This document shows, piece by piece, positions 29,423 to 38,584 of a stretch of 64,000 nucleotides of DNA. The notes under the pieces are model-generated. The model was not told where the DNA came from and did no database searches. It worked only from the letters and a program-made list of their open reading frames with translations. Position 1 is the stretch's first letter, and each line of letters starts with the position of its first letter. Origin of the DNA: Candidatus Sumerlaeaceae bacterium (GTDB lineage: Bacteria > Sumerlaeota > Sumerlaeia > Sumerlaeales > Sumerlaeaceae); contig JAOAAY010000001.1 in NCBI GenBank assembly GCA_026418615.1, positions 142,052-206,051 of the forward strand. The letters are read 5' to 3'. Both the position numbers and the translations under genes were made by a program.

Positions 29423-31609
29423 ATGCAGTGCCATCTTGTTTATTTGACTGGCCCGAACGCCGGGCAGGCGAAGAATTTCGACGCAGCCCGGATCACTGTG
29501 GGGCGCGCCTCGTCATGCGATTTTCAGTTGGATCCCAACAAAGACCTTGCTGTCGCATCGGTTCATGCGGAGATCCTACTCGATGAGAACACCTTCTACA
29601 TTCAAGATGCTGGCAGCCGCGGCGGCACCTATGTAAACGGGTTCCGGATCACGCAACCGCAACCGCTGCGCAGCGAAGACTATATTCAATTCGGGAAGAA
29701 TGGGCCGGAAGTCATCTTCCGGCTCGGCGTGGCTCCGCCGGGGCGACAGCCGTTGCCGCCGGAGCCCCCGCGAATGGCAGAACTCGAGTTTCTGACCGGT
29801 GCCGATGCCGGGAAAATTTTCCCCGTGTTCGGCGACCAACTGACGCGAGTGGGACGCCGTGCTGACTTGGAAGTCGCCCTCGATCCGCGGGGCGACATGG
29901 TCGTCTCGGGCAACCACTGCAGCATCGCCTGTGTGGACGGGCGCTTCTACCTGACCGACACCAGCCGCAACGGAACTTTTATTAACGGTCGGCTGATTCA
30001 AGGGCGGGTATCGTTGCAAGATGGCGATGTCCTGACTTTGGGGGAGGGAGGCCCACGGGCACGGTTTCGGCTCCGTCCAGTGCGGCGGTCCTACCCGAAT
30101 TAGACGGCAGGACGGCCCGCCGTTCAACCCCGAGATCTTGACGAGCCGACTCCGGTTGAGCACAGAGGGGCGGCTATCCCGCCCGTGTCGGCCGGTGCAG
30201 CCGCAATCGCTCGCGCCGTCCAGCGCCCCACGGAGGCACGACCCGCCGCGCCACCCATTTCCCAGCCGCCCCCGGTCATGTCTGGCGGCACCGCTGCTGC
30301 TGCCGAAATCGCGGCCGAGAGTCGGCCGCCGGCGCAGCAGCCATTGCCCGAAGAGAGTGCTCAACCCGTTAGTGCCCCTGCTTCACCCGCTGCCGCCGAT
30401 GTCGTCACGCCACCACGACCACGCCGACCGTTTCCCTACTTGCCGGTCATCGGCGGTCTCGTTCTGGTTTTTGGCCTCACGGGCATAGGCTGGTACCTAG
30501 CCACCCGCAAGGCTACGCCGGGCGCTCCCCCGCCCCCCGCAGCCAAGTCCGATTATGCAGACGAAGTCGCTGCAGGCGAATTCCGCAAAAACGACGCTGG
30601 TCGCTTCGAGGCAAAGATTCCCCGTGGCTGGAGTATCCGCGAAGAGGACAAAATACTGACCGCGGAGTCTGCCGACAAGAGCGTCGTAGTGGATTTCCTT
30701 CGGGACGAGCGGTTGGATTCCAACTCCGTTCAATCGGTTGTCCGATTGCCGGATGCTCAAGTGCAGAAACTTGACGCGAGGAAACATGGGGCTCTCACCC
30801 TCACATCGTTTGTATCCTCCGCCGCCGGCCGTGCTCGTTACGCCGTGCTCCATGAACCGGCGGGCGATACGCCCGGCTTAGCCTTGCTCGAGACCTCAAG
30901 CGAGATATTTCTTAAACTTCCGCGGGCGGTCGTGGACTCGCTAACGCGAGAGGGTTTCCGTTTGCGGCCGCTGGCTCCCTCCAAACCTGCTGCCACGCCC
31001 GCGCCTCCGTTGCCGGAGCCAACGCAGGTTGCACAGGTCGCCACGCCAACACCCGCTTCGGCTCCAACGGATACTGCGACCCCTCAACCGACCGCAACGC
31101 CTCCGCCACCGACGCCAACGGCAACGCCGACAGCGACTCCGGCAGTGACGGCGCCGCCGACTGCAACGGCTGCTGCGGCGCCCGAATCAGGCTTCTCCAT
31201 TGCAAGCGATCGCATCCGGCTTCGATTGTCGCTCCCTGCGGGCTGGAGTGGCGAGAGTCTGGCCGATGGTCAGGTCCTCGCACTGAAATCGCCGAGCGGC
31301 GTAGACATCAAGATGACCCGTGAACCGAAACCAGCAACGGCCAAGGCCGTTTTTGACGCCATGGCCGCGGAGGGGTGGGATGTCATCGCACGCAACGAGA
31401 ACCGGCGTGCGGGAGTCCTTGCCAGCGATCTCGCGGAAATGAAAAAAGGCAACGAACGCGTTATCCTCATCCTGCTGGGCTATCCCGACAAGTCTACTGT
31501 TTATATTTACGCCAGCAACAAAGACAAGTTTCTAACCCCGCAGCGCGAGGACCTCTCGCGACTCATTCAAACTCTCGCGGCTCAGGAACCGGCACCGGCA
31601 ACGCCGTGA
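29423..31609 (+). pseudogene. FHA-FHA / Pro-rich linker / TM / extracytoplasmic protein interrupted by one in-frame TAG (30101-30103); annotated as two ORFs
   Basis: ORFs 29423..30103 and 30185..31609 are in the same frame. The 27 codons between them are open (TAGRPAVQPRDLDEPTPVEHRGAAIPP). Confidence 0.7.
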
Positions 31610-31631
31610 TGGTTTGCGGGCAAGACCCGCA

Positions 31632-32252
31632 TCAATGAGGGCCGAGGAGATCGGGCACCGGCGGGCATTCCTGACCGGCATAGCGTGGCGACCGGATGAT
31701 GTTGCCGATGGAGAACAGCCCGTTCGTCGGGTCGTAGGGCAACTGCGCACTGTTGGCAAACCGGTGGTCGAAGGCCAGGTCCGGTCCCACTGAGACGAGT
31801 CGCCATGGCCCGAAGTACTTCTCCGCCCGCGGCCAGAAACTCGAGGCCGACAAGCGTTTCATGTACTCGCTGTGAACCTGATATGTATAGAAGCGCTCGT
31901 CCAGTGGCGCCGTGAGGATGGCAGCCATAAACGGATCCGCGCGATTGATGGTGACCAAATACGCAACGGGTGTCGTCAGCGACCGGGAAAGAATACCGTT
32001 TACGGGCACCTTCTCAAACACATCGAAGTCGAGGTCCCGATAGAAGCGGAAATGGGCCATGCGGGGATACGCATTCTGATCCACATGATACGCTTCAATC
32101 GCACTCGCGTAGGTGCGAAACTCCGCAATCACGCGCGATGTCTTGGCTCTGACGAGCGATTCCTGGTAGGTCCCAGCCCCAAGAGCGCTCAGGATGACCA
32201 GAATTGCAACCACCACAAGAAGTTCAACGAGTGTAAAACTGCGAGAAGTCAT
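31632..32252 (-). CDS. Type IV prepilin-like / GspG-like pseudopilin
   Basis: S|FTLVELLVVVAIL N-terminal helix; AIEAYHVD...YP, LTTPVAYL, SVGPD, YDPTNG; GAGGAG RBS. Confidence 0.85.
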   Translation of the reverse strand: MTSRSFTLVELLVVVAILVILSALGAGTYQESLVRAKTSRVIAEFRTYASAIEAYHVDQNAYPRMAHFRFYRDLDFDVFEKVPVNGILSRSLTTPVAYLVTINRADPFMAAILTAPLDERFYTYQVHSEYMKRLSASSFWPRAEKYFGPWRLVSVGPDLAFDHRFANSAQLPYDPTNGLFSIGNIIRSPRYAGQECPPVPDLLGPH

Positions 32253-32264
32253 CGGGCATGCTCC

Positions 32265-33179
32265 TCAAGCATCAGGCTCACACAGCCAATTTGAGCCCTC
32301 TTGACGCAGTCTGAGCCGTTTGGGCAGGGTCTTGGTCCCTGACGCGCATAAGTCATCCAAAGCCATCAGGCAAAGGCCAAGCGTGACGCGCTTGGTGTCA
32401 ATACGCCGGGTGTCGATGAAACGCAGGAACTGCGCCCAGTCCGAATCCTGGACGAGTGCGTCAGACCCATACAGATTCAGGCAGCCGTTGCTTTCGCGAT
32501 GGGACCAGTGAACCGTGGGCGAGCCATGTAGCATCGACGCGTTCTTTTCAAGCGTTGCCGCGATGACCGCCACCGATGTCACCCTGTCCGATGACATGGT
32601 CGCGCTCGTGTCACCCGGCACCGCAAAGACGCGCAGAACTTGTGGGCTCGCCAGCGTGATCTGGCCATCTCCGCGCTGCCAATCCGACAGGGCGAACTGG
32701 CGCCTCCGTTCCGTGCTGGCATCGTACAGCCGGTAGAAACCACATGGCACGGAAACATAGCCAAAGAGGTACGGACGCTTCTGATTGTTGACGAACTTCT
32801 CAACCGTCTTTAGGTCCGGTGCCACAGGCGGATGAAGCCCAGTGGATTCTGTGCGACAGGCCCATTCTTCGGATTCCTTCTCGAGGCGTCCGTCCCGCTG
32901 GCGGTACACCGCGAGGCGACCACCGCGCAGCGGAAGAGTCGTTTCGTCAGCCCTCATTCTCTCCGGCCCGCGCCCAACCACTACAACATAGTCGAAATGC
33001 GTTGGATCAAGTGCCGCGACACTCACTTCAATCGGGGCATACGCCACGCGCCATGCTATCAACCGGGGAATCCCGAAGGAGAGAACGAAAACGCCTGTCA
33101 TGAGCAACATCCACCAGAACACTCTCCGGCCGCTTCGACGGACGAACGCCCGCGTCCTGCTGGAGTCCGCGCTATCCAC
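32265..33179 (-). CDS. Membrane-anchored L,D-transpeptidase-like (YkuD-fold) protein
   Basis: N-terminal TM; VPCGFY and the LHG...SNGCLNL motif, a variant of HG...SHGChN. Confidence 0.5.
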   Translation of the reverse strand: MDSADSSRTRAFVRRSGRRVFWWMLLMTGVFVLSFGIPRLIAWRVAYAPIEVSVAALDPTHFDYVVVVGRGPERMRADETTLPLRGGRLAVYRQRDGRLEKESEEWACRTESTGLHPPVAPDLKTVEKFVNNQKRPYLFGYVSVPCGFYRLYDASTERRRQFALSDWQRGDGQITLASPQVLRVFAVPGDTSATMSSDRVTSVAVIAATLEKNASMLHGSPTVHWSHRESNGCLNLYGSDALVQDSDWAQFLRFIDTRRIDTKRVTLGLCLMALDDLCASGTKTLPKRLRLRQEGSNWLCEPDA

Positions 33180-34524
33180 GCCGCCGCAACCTAATCAGCG
33201 CAAGCAGTAGCAAGGCCCCGCACGCCAGACCCACCAAGGCATGACGGATTGCCGGGCGGACATACCAAGGGGCTGGCCGGGGTTCTAAGCCCCGACGAGG
33301 GGCTTGGACTCCCGCCGCCTCCCATCTTGATCGTTCTTCGTCCAGTCGGCGGTGAGCCTCCCCAATGGCAGCGATCTCCTCGTCTGATGGCAAACGGGCC
33401 GTTTCGAGACTGAACACTATTGGAGGAGTCGTCCGGCTATCCTTGACTGTATCACCAATTCTCAAGCCTAGCCTGTCATCGCCCGGTGGCCACACATCGC
33501 CCGACTCAAGAGCAGAAAGCCAATAGTGCCACTCCACGGCACGATCCTCCGTGAAATCCGGTGGCTGCAGGTGCCGGACAACTGCTTCGAGAACCCATGT
33601 CGTTGGCTCGTCAGCCGGGTACCGAAATGTTGCCGCCGTCGCAAGAACCTCCCCGCGCGACGGGAACGGCATATAAAGTTCATAACGAACAGGCCGCTGC
33701 AAATGGTCGTACCTGATCGTCATTCGTCCGGCATACCGTGCACGCGGCGCTTTTTCCACAACTGTACCGGAGGACAAACCGGCCGCATGAAACAAATCGT
33801 CGAGTATCTCCAAAATCCCAAGACGGACCTTTGATTCAATCAGGCCTGGTAGTTCGTATACCACGCTCAGGACGGCATTCGGATCGCCAAGTGCGAGATC
33901 GTTTCGCGGTGGATACATGTACAAGACGCACGGCGAATCCTCTGTCGGGCGCAAGGCCTATAGCACGCGAGCATCGTCCATCATGGCCACCGCGCGACGC
34001 CCAGGCTCGTTGGCACGAGCCTCCAGAACTGGGCACTTTCCGGCAAGGCGGTGGTACTCACGATCGAACTGACTCTCCTCATCATTCACAAAGAGCCACA
34101 CGACGCCGTGAGCCGAACCAAACTCAAAGGAGGCACGCACCCGATTCCCGGCCATGCTCGCACGAGCAAATGCAATACGCGTCGCCTCGAACTGCCGGGA
34201 GTCCCCAGACAAGGCTGCAAGGCGTTTGCAGGCTTCCTCCTCGGAAATCAGAGCCAGATCCCTTGTCTCCATATCAGTAGCGGGCGGGGCCAATGTCTCG
34301 ATCACCCCAGACACCCGCAGGTTGGCAACCGACCCCGAGGTGATGCGGCAATGACCGGTCACCGCATAGGAACACACAAAGGATACGATCAACAGGATAG
34401 CGCCGGTGGATTTGACTCGGTTACACGACACAGACGGAACGCGATGGTCGTTCCACGCAACAGACACAGAGCCTGCTAATCGCTTCGCAACTCTGCGCGA
34501 CAGGCGTAGGCTTTCGACCATCAT
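33172..34524 (-). pseudogene. Exported protein with C-terminal TM anchor, interrupted by in-frame TAG (33958-33960)
   Basis: ORFs 33958..34626 and 33172..33954 are in frame (...DDARVL*ALRPTEDS...). N-terminal hydrophobic stretch; C-terminal ALVGLACGALLLLALIRLRRRG; ATG 34524 overlaps the upstream TGA (ATGA). Confidence 0.6.
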
Positions 34525-34890
34525 CCGCATTGCTTGCCTACTTGGCCGACTCCAGCAAGCGGCATCTCGCAGAGGTATTTGCCACGCACTGTCACCACAT
34601 TTCCTGTATTTCGGCATGTAATCCACGATTCAATGCAATCAGGGCAACCCTGGGCATTGGACCATACCCATGCGCAAACCCCGCATGTCTTCTTATTTCT
34701 TGTATTATTCGTAGGAGCCACTGCTTGGACAGTTCCCGTTTGAATCGGGGACCCCATGCGGTTGACAAGTGGCTCCCAGGTTCGAGGCACCGCCACTTAA
34801 GCATTTCAACCCTGGCTTCGCAAACAAATGGTTGGGCAATGCCATTACTGCCCACACGGCAAATGCCGCAAAACAACGGGACATCCTCAT
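34521..34890 (-). pseudogene. Secreted cysteine-rich small protein (about 122 aa reconstructed) with a 1-nt frameshift near 34705
   Basis: AGGAG RBS, then signal peptide MRMSRCFAAFAVWAVMALPNHLFA. Three Cys occur before TAA (34705-34707) and seven more in the shifted frame, which ends ...KQCG*. Confidence 0.6.
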
Positions 34891-34948
34891 GCTCGTACTC
34901 CTGCTTAATCCTCCGCAGAAGCATTTGGAACATCCACACCTGCAGCGA

Positions 34949-34974
34949 ACTTTACCCCCCCCAAGATCCGTCAA
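34949..34974 (-). promoter_or_regulatory. Sigma70-like promoter with poly-G(8) tract in the -35/-10 spacer
   Basis: Minus strand reads TTGACG-GATCTTGGGGGGGG-TAAAGT (14-nt spacer), about 60 nt upstream of the Cys-rich gene start. Confidence 0.55.
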
Positions 34975-35465
34975 CAAGAATCGTCATGCAGCATGCGCAG
35001 GTACGCCTTCAGCGCGTCGAAGTCTGCGAAGACCTCCGTGGCGCAGCCGAGAATCCAACTGCTGGCGGAGGCGGGAGGCATGGCGAGGACCATGTACACG
35101 GGGATGCCCATGCGGTAGGCCAGCGTGAGTTCGCCGGCCGTGCCGGCGCCGCCGCGGGCGTGTTCGTCCCACAGACACACGACGAACTGCGTGCGCTGCA
35201 GCAGCATGTCGAGGTCCTGGTCAATGATCCGTCGGATGACGGGCAAGAAGCGGGGGCGGTCGGCGGACTTCCAGTGGCGGAATCCCGCGCGCTCCTCCGG
35301 CGTCAGGGGCGACATCTCCTCCACGCACGGGTCGTAACAGGGGAGGCCGAGTTCATCCTGCAAGAAGGCCGCCATGTCGCGCCGCCACGCACGGCCGCCG
35401 TCGGGGGCAAACTCGATGGCTCCGGCCAGATAAACATGTTTGCGGCCGTCGGCGTCGCCCGTCAC
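34971..35465 (-). CDS. Nucleoside 2-deoxyribosyltransferase-like protein
   Basis: VYLAGAIE, WR, I..DL, GTAGEL.LAY.MGIPV; GTGA overlap with the upstream response regulator. Confidence 0.7.
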   Translation of the reverse strand: MTGDADGRKHVYLAGAIEFAPDGGRAWRRDMAAFLQDELGLPCYDPCVEEMSPLTPEERAGFRHWKSADRPRFLPVIRRIIDQDLDMLLQRTQFVVCLWDEHARGGAGTAGELTLAYRMGIPVYMVLAMPPASASSWILGCATEVFADFDALKAYLRMLHDDSC

Positions 35466-36040
35466 CCGATCCACTTCTTGCGTTCCTGCTCCTCGTGCTC
35501 CTGTGCGAGCGGCCGGCGCAAGCGGCTCGGAAAAGGCGTCTGCTCGCCCGGCGCGGCCTCGGGGACCGGGGTATCGAGCGGGCGGGGCACACTTCCCCCC
35601 AACGAGAGTTTCAACTGCAGGCGCAGGGAAACATCGCGCATCGAGAGCGTCTTCTTGCGCGGCTCGTAATGAGACAGCAGCGACTCAACATTGCGTATCA
35701 ACCGCTCAGGTTGGAACGGTTTGGGCAGATATAGGTTGGCGCCCAGTTTGTAACCATATTTGATGTCGCGGGCCGTATCCTTGGCGGACAGGAAGATCAC
35801 GAGCACCTGGGCAAACTTCGGGTTCTTCTTCATAAACTCGATGATCTGGTAACCGGTCACTTTCGGCATCATGATGTCGAGCACCACAAGATCAGGCTCG
35901 AAGATGTCCAGCGTGTCACACGCTGTGACCGGGTCGTTGACCGTCAGCACCTCGTATTTGGGCGACAGAGTCATACGGACAAGTTCGAGAATGTCATTGT
36001 CGTCGTCCACCGCCAGAATGCGGAGTTTCTCGTCGGTCAT
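35462..36040 (-). CDS. Response regulator (receiver domain plus short C-terminal extension)
   Basis: ILAVDDD, LDIMMP, FLSA, YLPKPF. Confidence 0.9.
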   Translation of the reverse strand: MTDEKLRILAVDDDNDILELVRMTLSPKYEVLTVNDPVTACDTLDIFEPDLVVLDIMMPKVTGYQIIEFMKKNPKFAQVLVIFLSAKDTARDIKYGYKLGANLYLPKPFQPERLIRNVESLLSHYEPRKKTLSMRDVSLRLQLKLSLGGSVPRPLDTPVPEAAPGEQTPFPSRLRRPLAQEHEEQERKKWIG

Positions 36041-36148
36041 GGGATCACTCCGTTCGCTGTACGACTCTGATGCGCCGGAGCGCGCGTGCCCCCCGGCTTT
36101 GCTGATTCTCTTTGAAATGCAGCCGCTACGCTTACCTCTTTATAAAGC

Positions 36149-37087
36149 ATGAACCCTGATCCAGCGGTCAATAAAAAACCCCGCCGGAAGGGTGCCGCAT
36201 GCGCACCCGAGCGACCCTTCTGGCGGGTGAGAGACATCGTCCAATTGGCGCTGGCCGAGGACATCGGCGCTGGGGATGTTACCAGTGCGGCATTCGCACG
36301 GCGCGGGACGGCACGGGCCGTTGTCCTGGCAAAGGCTGCGGGAATTCTGAGCGGAATCGAAATCTTGCAGTGCGTCTTCCGAACGCTTTCCCGTCGGGCG
36401 CGCGTCTGCCCGCTCAAGAACGACGGAGATTCATTTGCCCCGGGCGAGCACCTTGCTGAGGTGGAAGCGCCGCTGGAGGTCCTCTTCACGGGCGAGCGGG
36501 TAGCACTGAATTTTCTCCAGCGAATGAGCGGCGTGGCGACGCTAACCCGGAAATTTGTGGATCTGCTCGGCCCGCAAACCCGGGTGGCCGTCTGCGATAC
36601 TCGCAAGACAACTCCTCTGCTGAGGACGCTCGAGCGCATGGCTGTGGCGCACGGCGGCGGCGTCAACCACCGGTTTGGCCTCGACGACATGGCCATGCTG
36701 AAAAACAATCACATTGACGCGGCGGGAGGCGTTGCCGCAGCCGTCGAGGCCCTGCGCCGAAGCGGTTTTTTCGACCGCAAGCCGCGCTTGCCGCTCTGCA
36801 TCGAGGCCCGCACCAGCGACGAGGCCTGCGAGGCCCTGACTTTCAAGCCGGACATTATTATGCTGGACAACATGAGTCCCCAAACCATCCGCGCCACCGT
36901 GGCAACTCTGGCACGAGAGGCTGCCACTCTGGGTACTCGCGTGCCTTTGATCGAAGTCAGCGGCAACATTACCTTGAAAAACATTGCCCGCTACCGCCGT
37001 CTGCCGATTGACCGCATCTCCATCGGCGCGCTAACGCATTCGGCACCTGCCATGGACATCTCCATGAGGATCCACGGGCTAAAGTAA
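36149..37087 (+). CDS. nadC: Nicotinate-nucleotide diphosphorylase (carboxylating)
   Basis: ERVALNFLQRMSGVAT, DTRKT, NHRFGL, IMLDN, ISIGALTHSA. Confidence 0.95.
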   Translation: MNPDPAVNKKPRRKGAACAPERPFWRVRDIVQLALAEDIGAGDVTSAAFARRGTARAVVLAKAAGILSGIEILQCVFRTLSRRARVCPLKNDGDSFAPGEHLAEVEAPLEVLFTGERVALNFLQRMSGVATLTRKFVDLLGPQTRVAVCDTRKTTPLLRTLERMAVAHGGGVNHRFGLDDMAMLKNNHIDAAGGVAAAVEALRRSGFFDRKPRLPLCIEARTSDEACEALTFKPDIIMLDNMSPQTIRATVATLAREAATLGTRVPLIEVSGNITLKNIARYRRLPIDRISIGALTHSAPAMDISMRIHGLK

Positions 37088-37122
37088 CCTTTTGACAGGG
37101 GCAGGGGCTTTCCCCGGCAGCA

Positions 37123-37476
37123 CTACAATTCGCGTTTGGGAATCAGCACATAGTGGCGCCACTGGGACTCGCGGCTTTTCACCGGCGCCATCTCCGCCGC
37201 CAGATCCAGCGGCATGACATGCTGGGGAGCGGCGTAAAACCGTTCGCGCGCCGTTAGTTCCTCGTAACCGGGCTTCTGCAGCCGGATGTCGTAAAACCAG
37301 TTCCAGTTGTACGGAATTTCAACGGGCGTCTCGCCTCGATAGACACCATTGATCCAGCATTTCGCCCCCGGCGGATCGCTCGTGATCGTGGCCATGCGGC
37401 GGATGCAACCAGTCAAACATAACGCTGCCACTGCAATCAGCACTGCCCCTGTCATCAGCCTCGGCAACGGACGCAT
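37123..37476 (-). CDS. PEGA-domain lipoprotein
   Basis: Lipobox LTGC; ITSDPPGA..ING..GETP...KPGY; GGAGG RBS. Confidence 0.8.
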   Translation of the reverse strand: MRPLPRLMTGAVLIAVAALCLTGCIRRMATITSDPPGAKCWINGVYRGETPVEIPYNWNWFYDIRLQKPGYEELTARERFYAAPQHVMPLDLAAEMAPVKSRESQWRHYVLIPKREL

Positions 37477-37489
37477 CTCTATCCTCCGG

Positions 37490-38584
37490 TCAGGTTGCAT
37501 TGGGCAACCGGCGTTGTTCATCCTCAAGCGGCCGCCCGTTTTCCAGAGAAAACGCACCGCCGGCCGACGCCAGGCCCCTTTGGGCGTAGATGTCCTTCAC
37601 AACATCCTCGATGCCCGGTTCTTCGATGGTCAGGTCGCGAATCGTATGACGGGCAGAAATCCTGTTGATGAGTTCGCCCGCCGCCACGGCCCGGCGGTCG
37701 AAAATGAACTCGCCGCGGTATTCCTGCAGACGCCGGAACACGACGCCTCGCGCGGCGAGTTCAGCAAAATCCTCCGGCTGAGGATCGCGCTCGAAATCCA
37801 CAACGATGCGCTTGCGCGGGATGGTCGTTTCGATCAGGCGATCCAGCGCCCCGTCAAACACTTTCCGGCCATGATCAATGATGATGATCCGTTCGCACAA
37901 CTTTTCGATTTCCGCAAGGTCATGCGTCGTGAGCAGGATGGTCACTTTTTCCTTTTCATTGAGCGCCCGAAGAAAATCCCGCACTTGCGACTTTCCCAAA
38001 ACATCGAGGCCGATCGTCGGCTCGTCCAGAAACAATATCATTGGACGGTGCAGCAGCGAGGCGGCCAGATCGCAACGCATGCGCTGGCCCAGGGAAAGTT
38101 TGCGCACCGGCGTGTGCAAGAACTCGTCAAGGCCCAGCAGGTCGGACAACTCCCCCATCCGCTGGCGGAAACTGGCCTCGGGGACCTCATAGATTTTGCC
38201 CAGCAGGCGGAACGATTCCAGCACAGCCAGATCCCACCACAATTGCGTGCGCTGGCCAAACACGACTCCGATGTTTCGCACATACTGGCGACGCTGGCGG
38301 TACGGCACGAACCCGGCTACCGTAACTTCTCCCGAGGTTGGAACGAGGATCCCCGTGAGCATCTTGATGGTCGTGGACTTGCCCGCCCCGTTCGCGCCGA
38401 TGTATCCGACGATCTCCCCCCGCTGCAGTGAGAAGGTCATCCGGTCCACGGCCAAGGTTTCGCGCGTCTCCCGCCAGAATAAACTTTTCACGGCACCCCA
38501 CATCCCCTCCTGCACGCGCTGCGTGCGGAAAACCTTGGTCAAGTCGCGGACATCTATGAGGAGATCATGGTCATGACGGGTCAT
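37490..38584 (-). CDS. ABC transporter ATP-binding protein (COG4586-like)
   Basis: GANGAGKST, FGQRTQLWWDL, LSLGQRMR, FLDEPT. Confidence 0.92.
   Translation of the reverse strand: MTRHDHDLLIDVRDLTKVFRTQRVQEGMWGAVKSLFWRETRETLAVDRMTFSLQRGEIVGYIGANGAGKSTTIKMLTGILVPTSGEVTVAGFVPYRQRRQYVRNIGVVFGQRTQLWWDLAVLESFRLLGKIYEVPEASFRQRMGELSDLLGLDEFLHTPVRKLSLGQRMRCDLAASLLHRPMILFLDEPTIGLDVLGKSQVRDFLRALNEKEKVTILLTTHDLAEIEKLCERIIIIDHGRKVFDGALDRLIETTIPRKRIVVDFERDPQPEDFAELAARGVVFRRLQEYRGEFIFDRRAVAAGELINRISARHTIRDLTIEEPGIEDVVKDIYAQRGLASAGGAFSLENGRPLEDEQRRLPNAT

Noticed and set aside
30980..31185. Pro/Thr/Ala repeats (ATPTP) as a DNA repeat or CRISPR
   Set aside because: This is a degenerate coding low-complexity linker with no repeat-spacer structure.
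34530..35669. 379-aa plus-strand ORF over the Cys-rich and NDT-like genes
   Set aside because: It is antisense to genes with RBS, motifs and translational coupling, and has no recognisable features.
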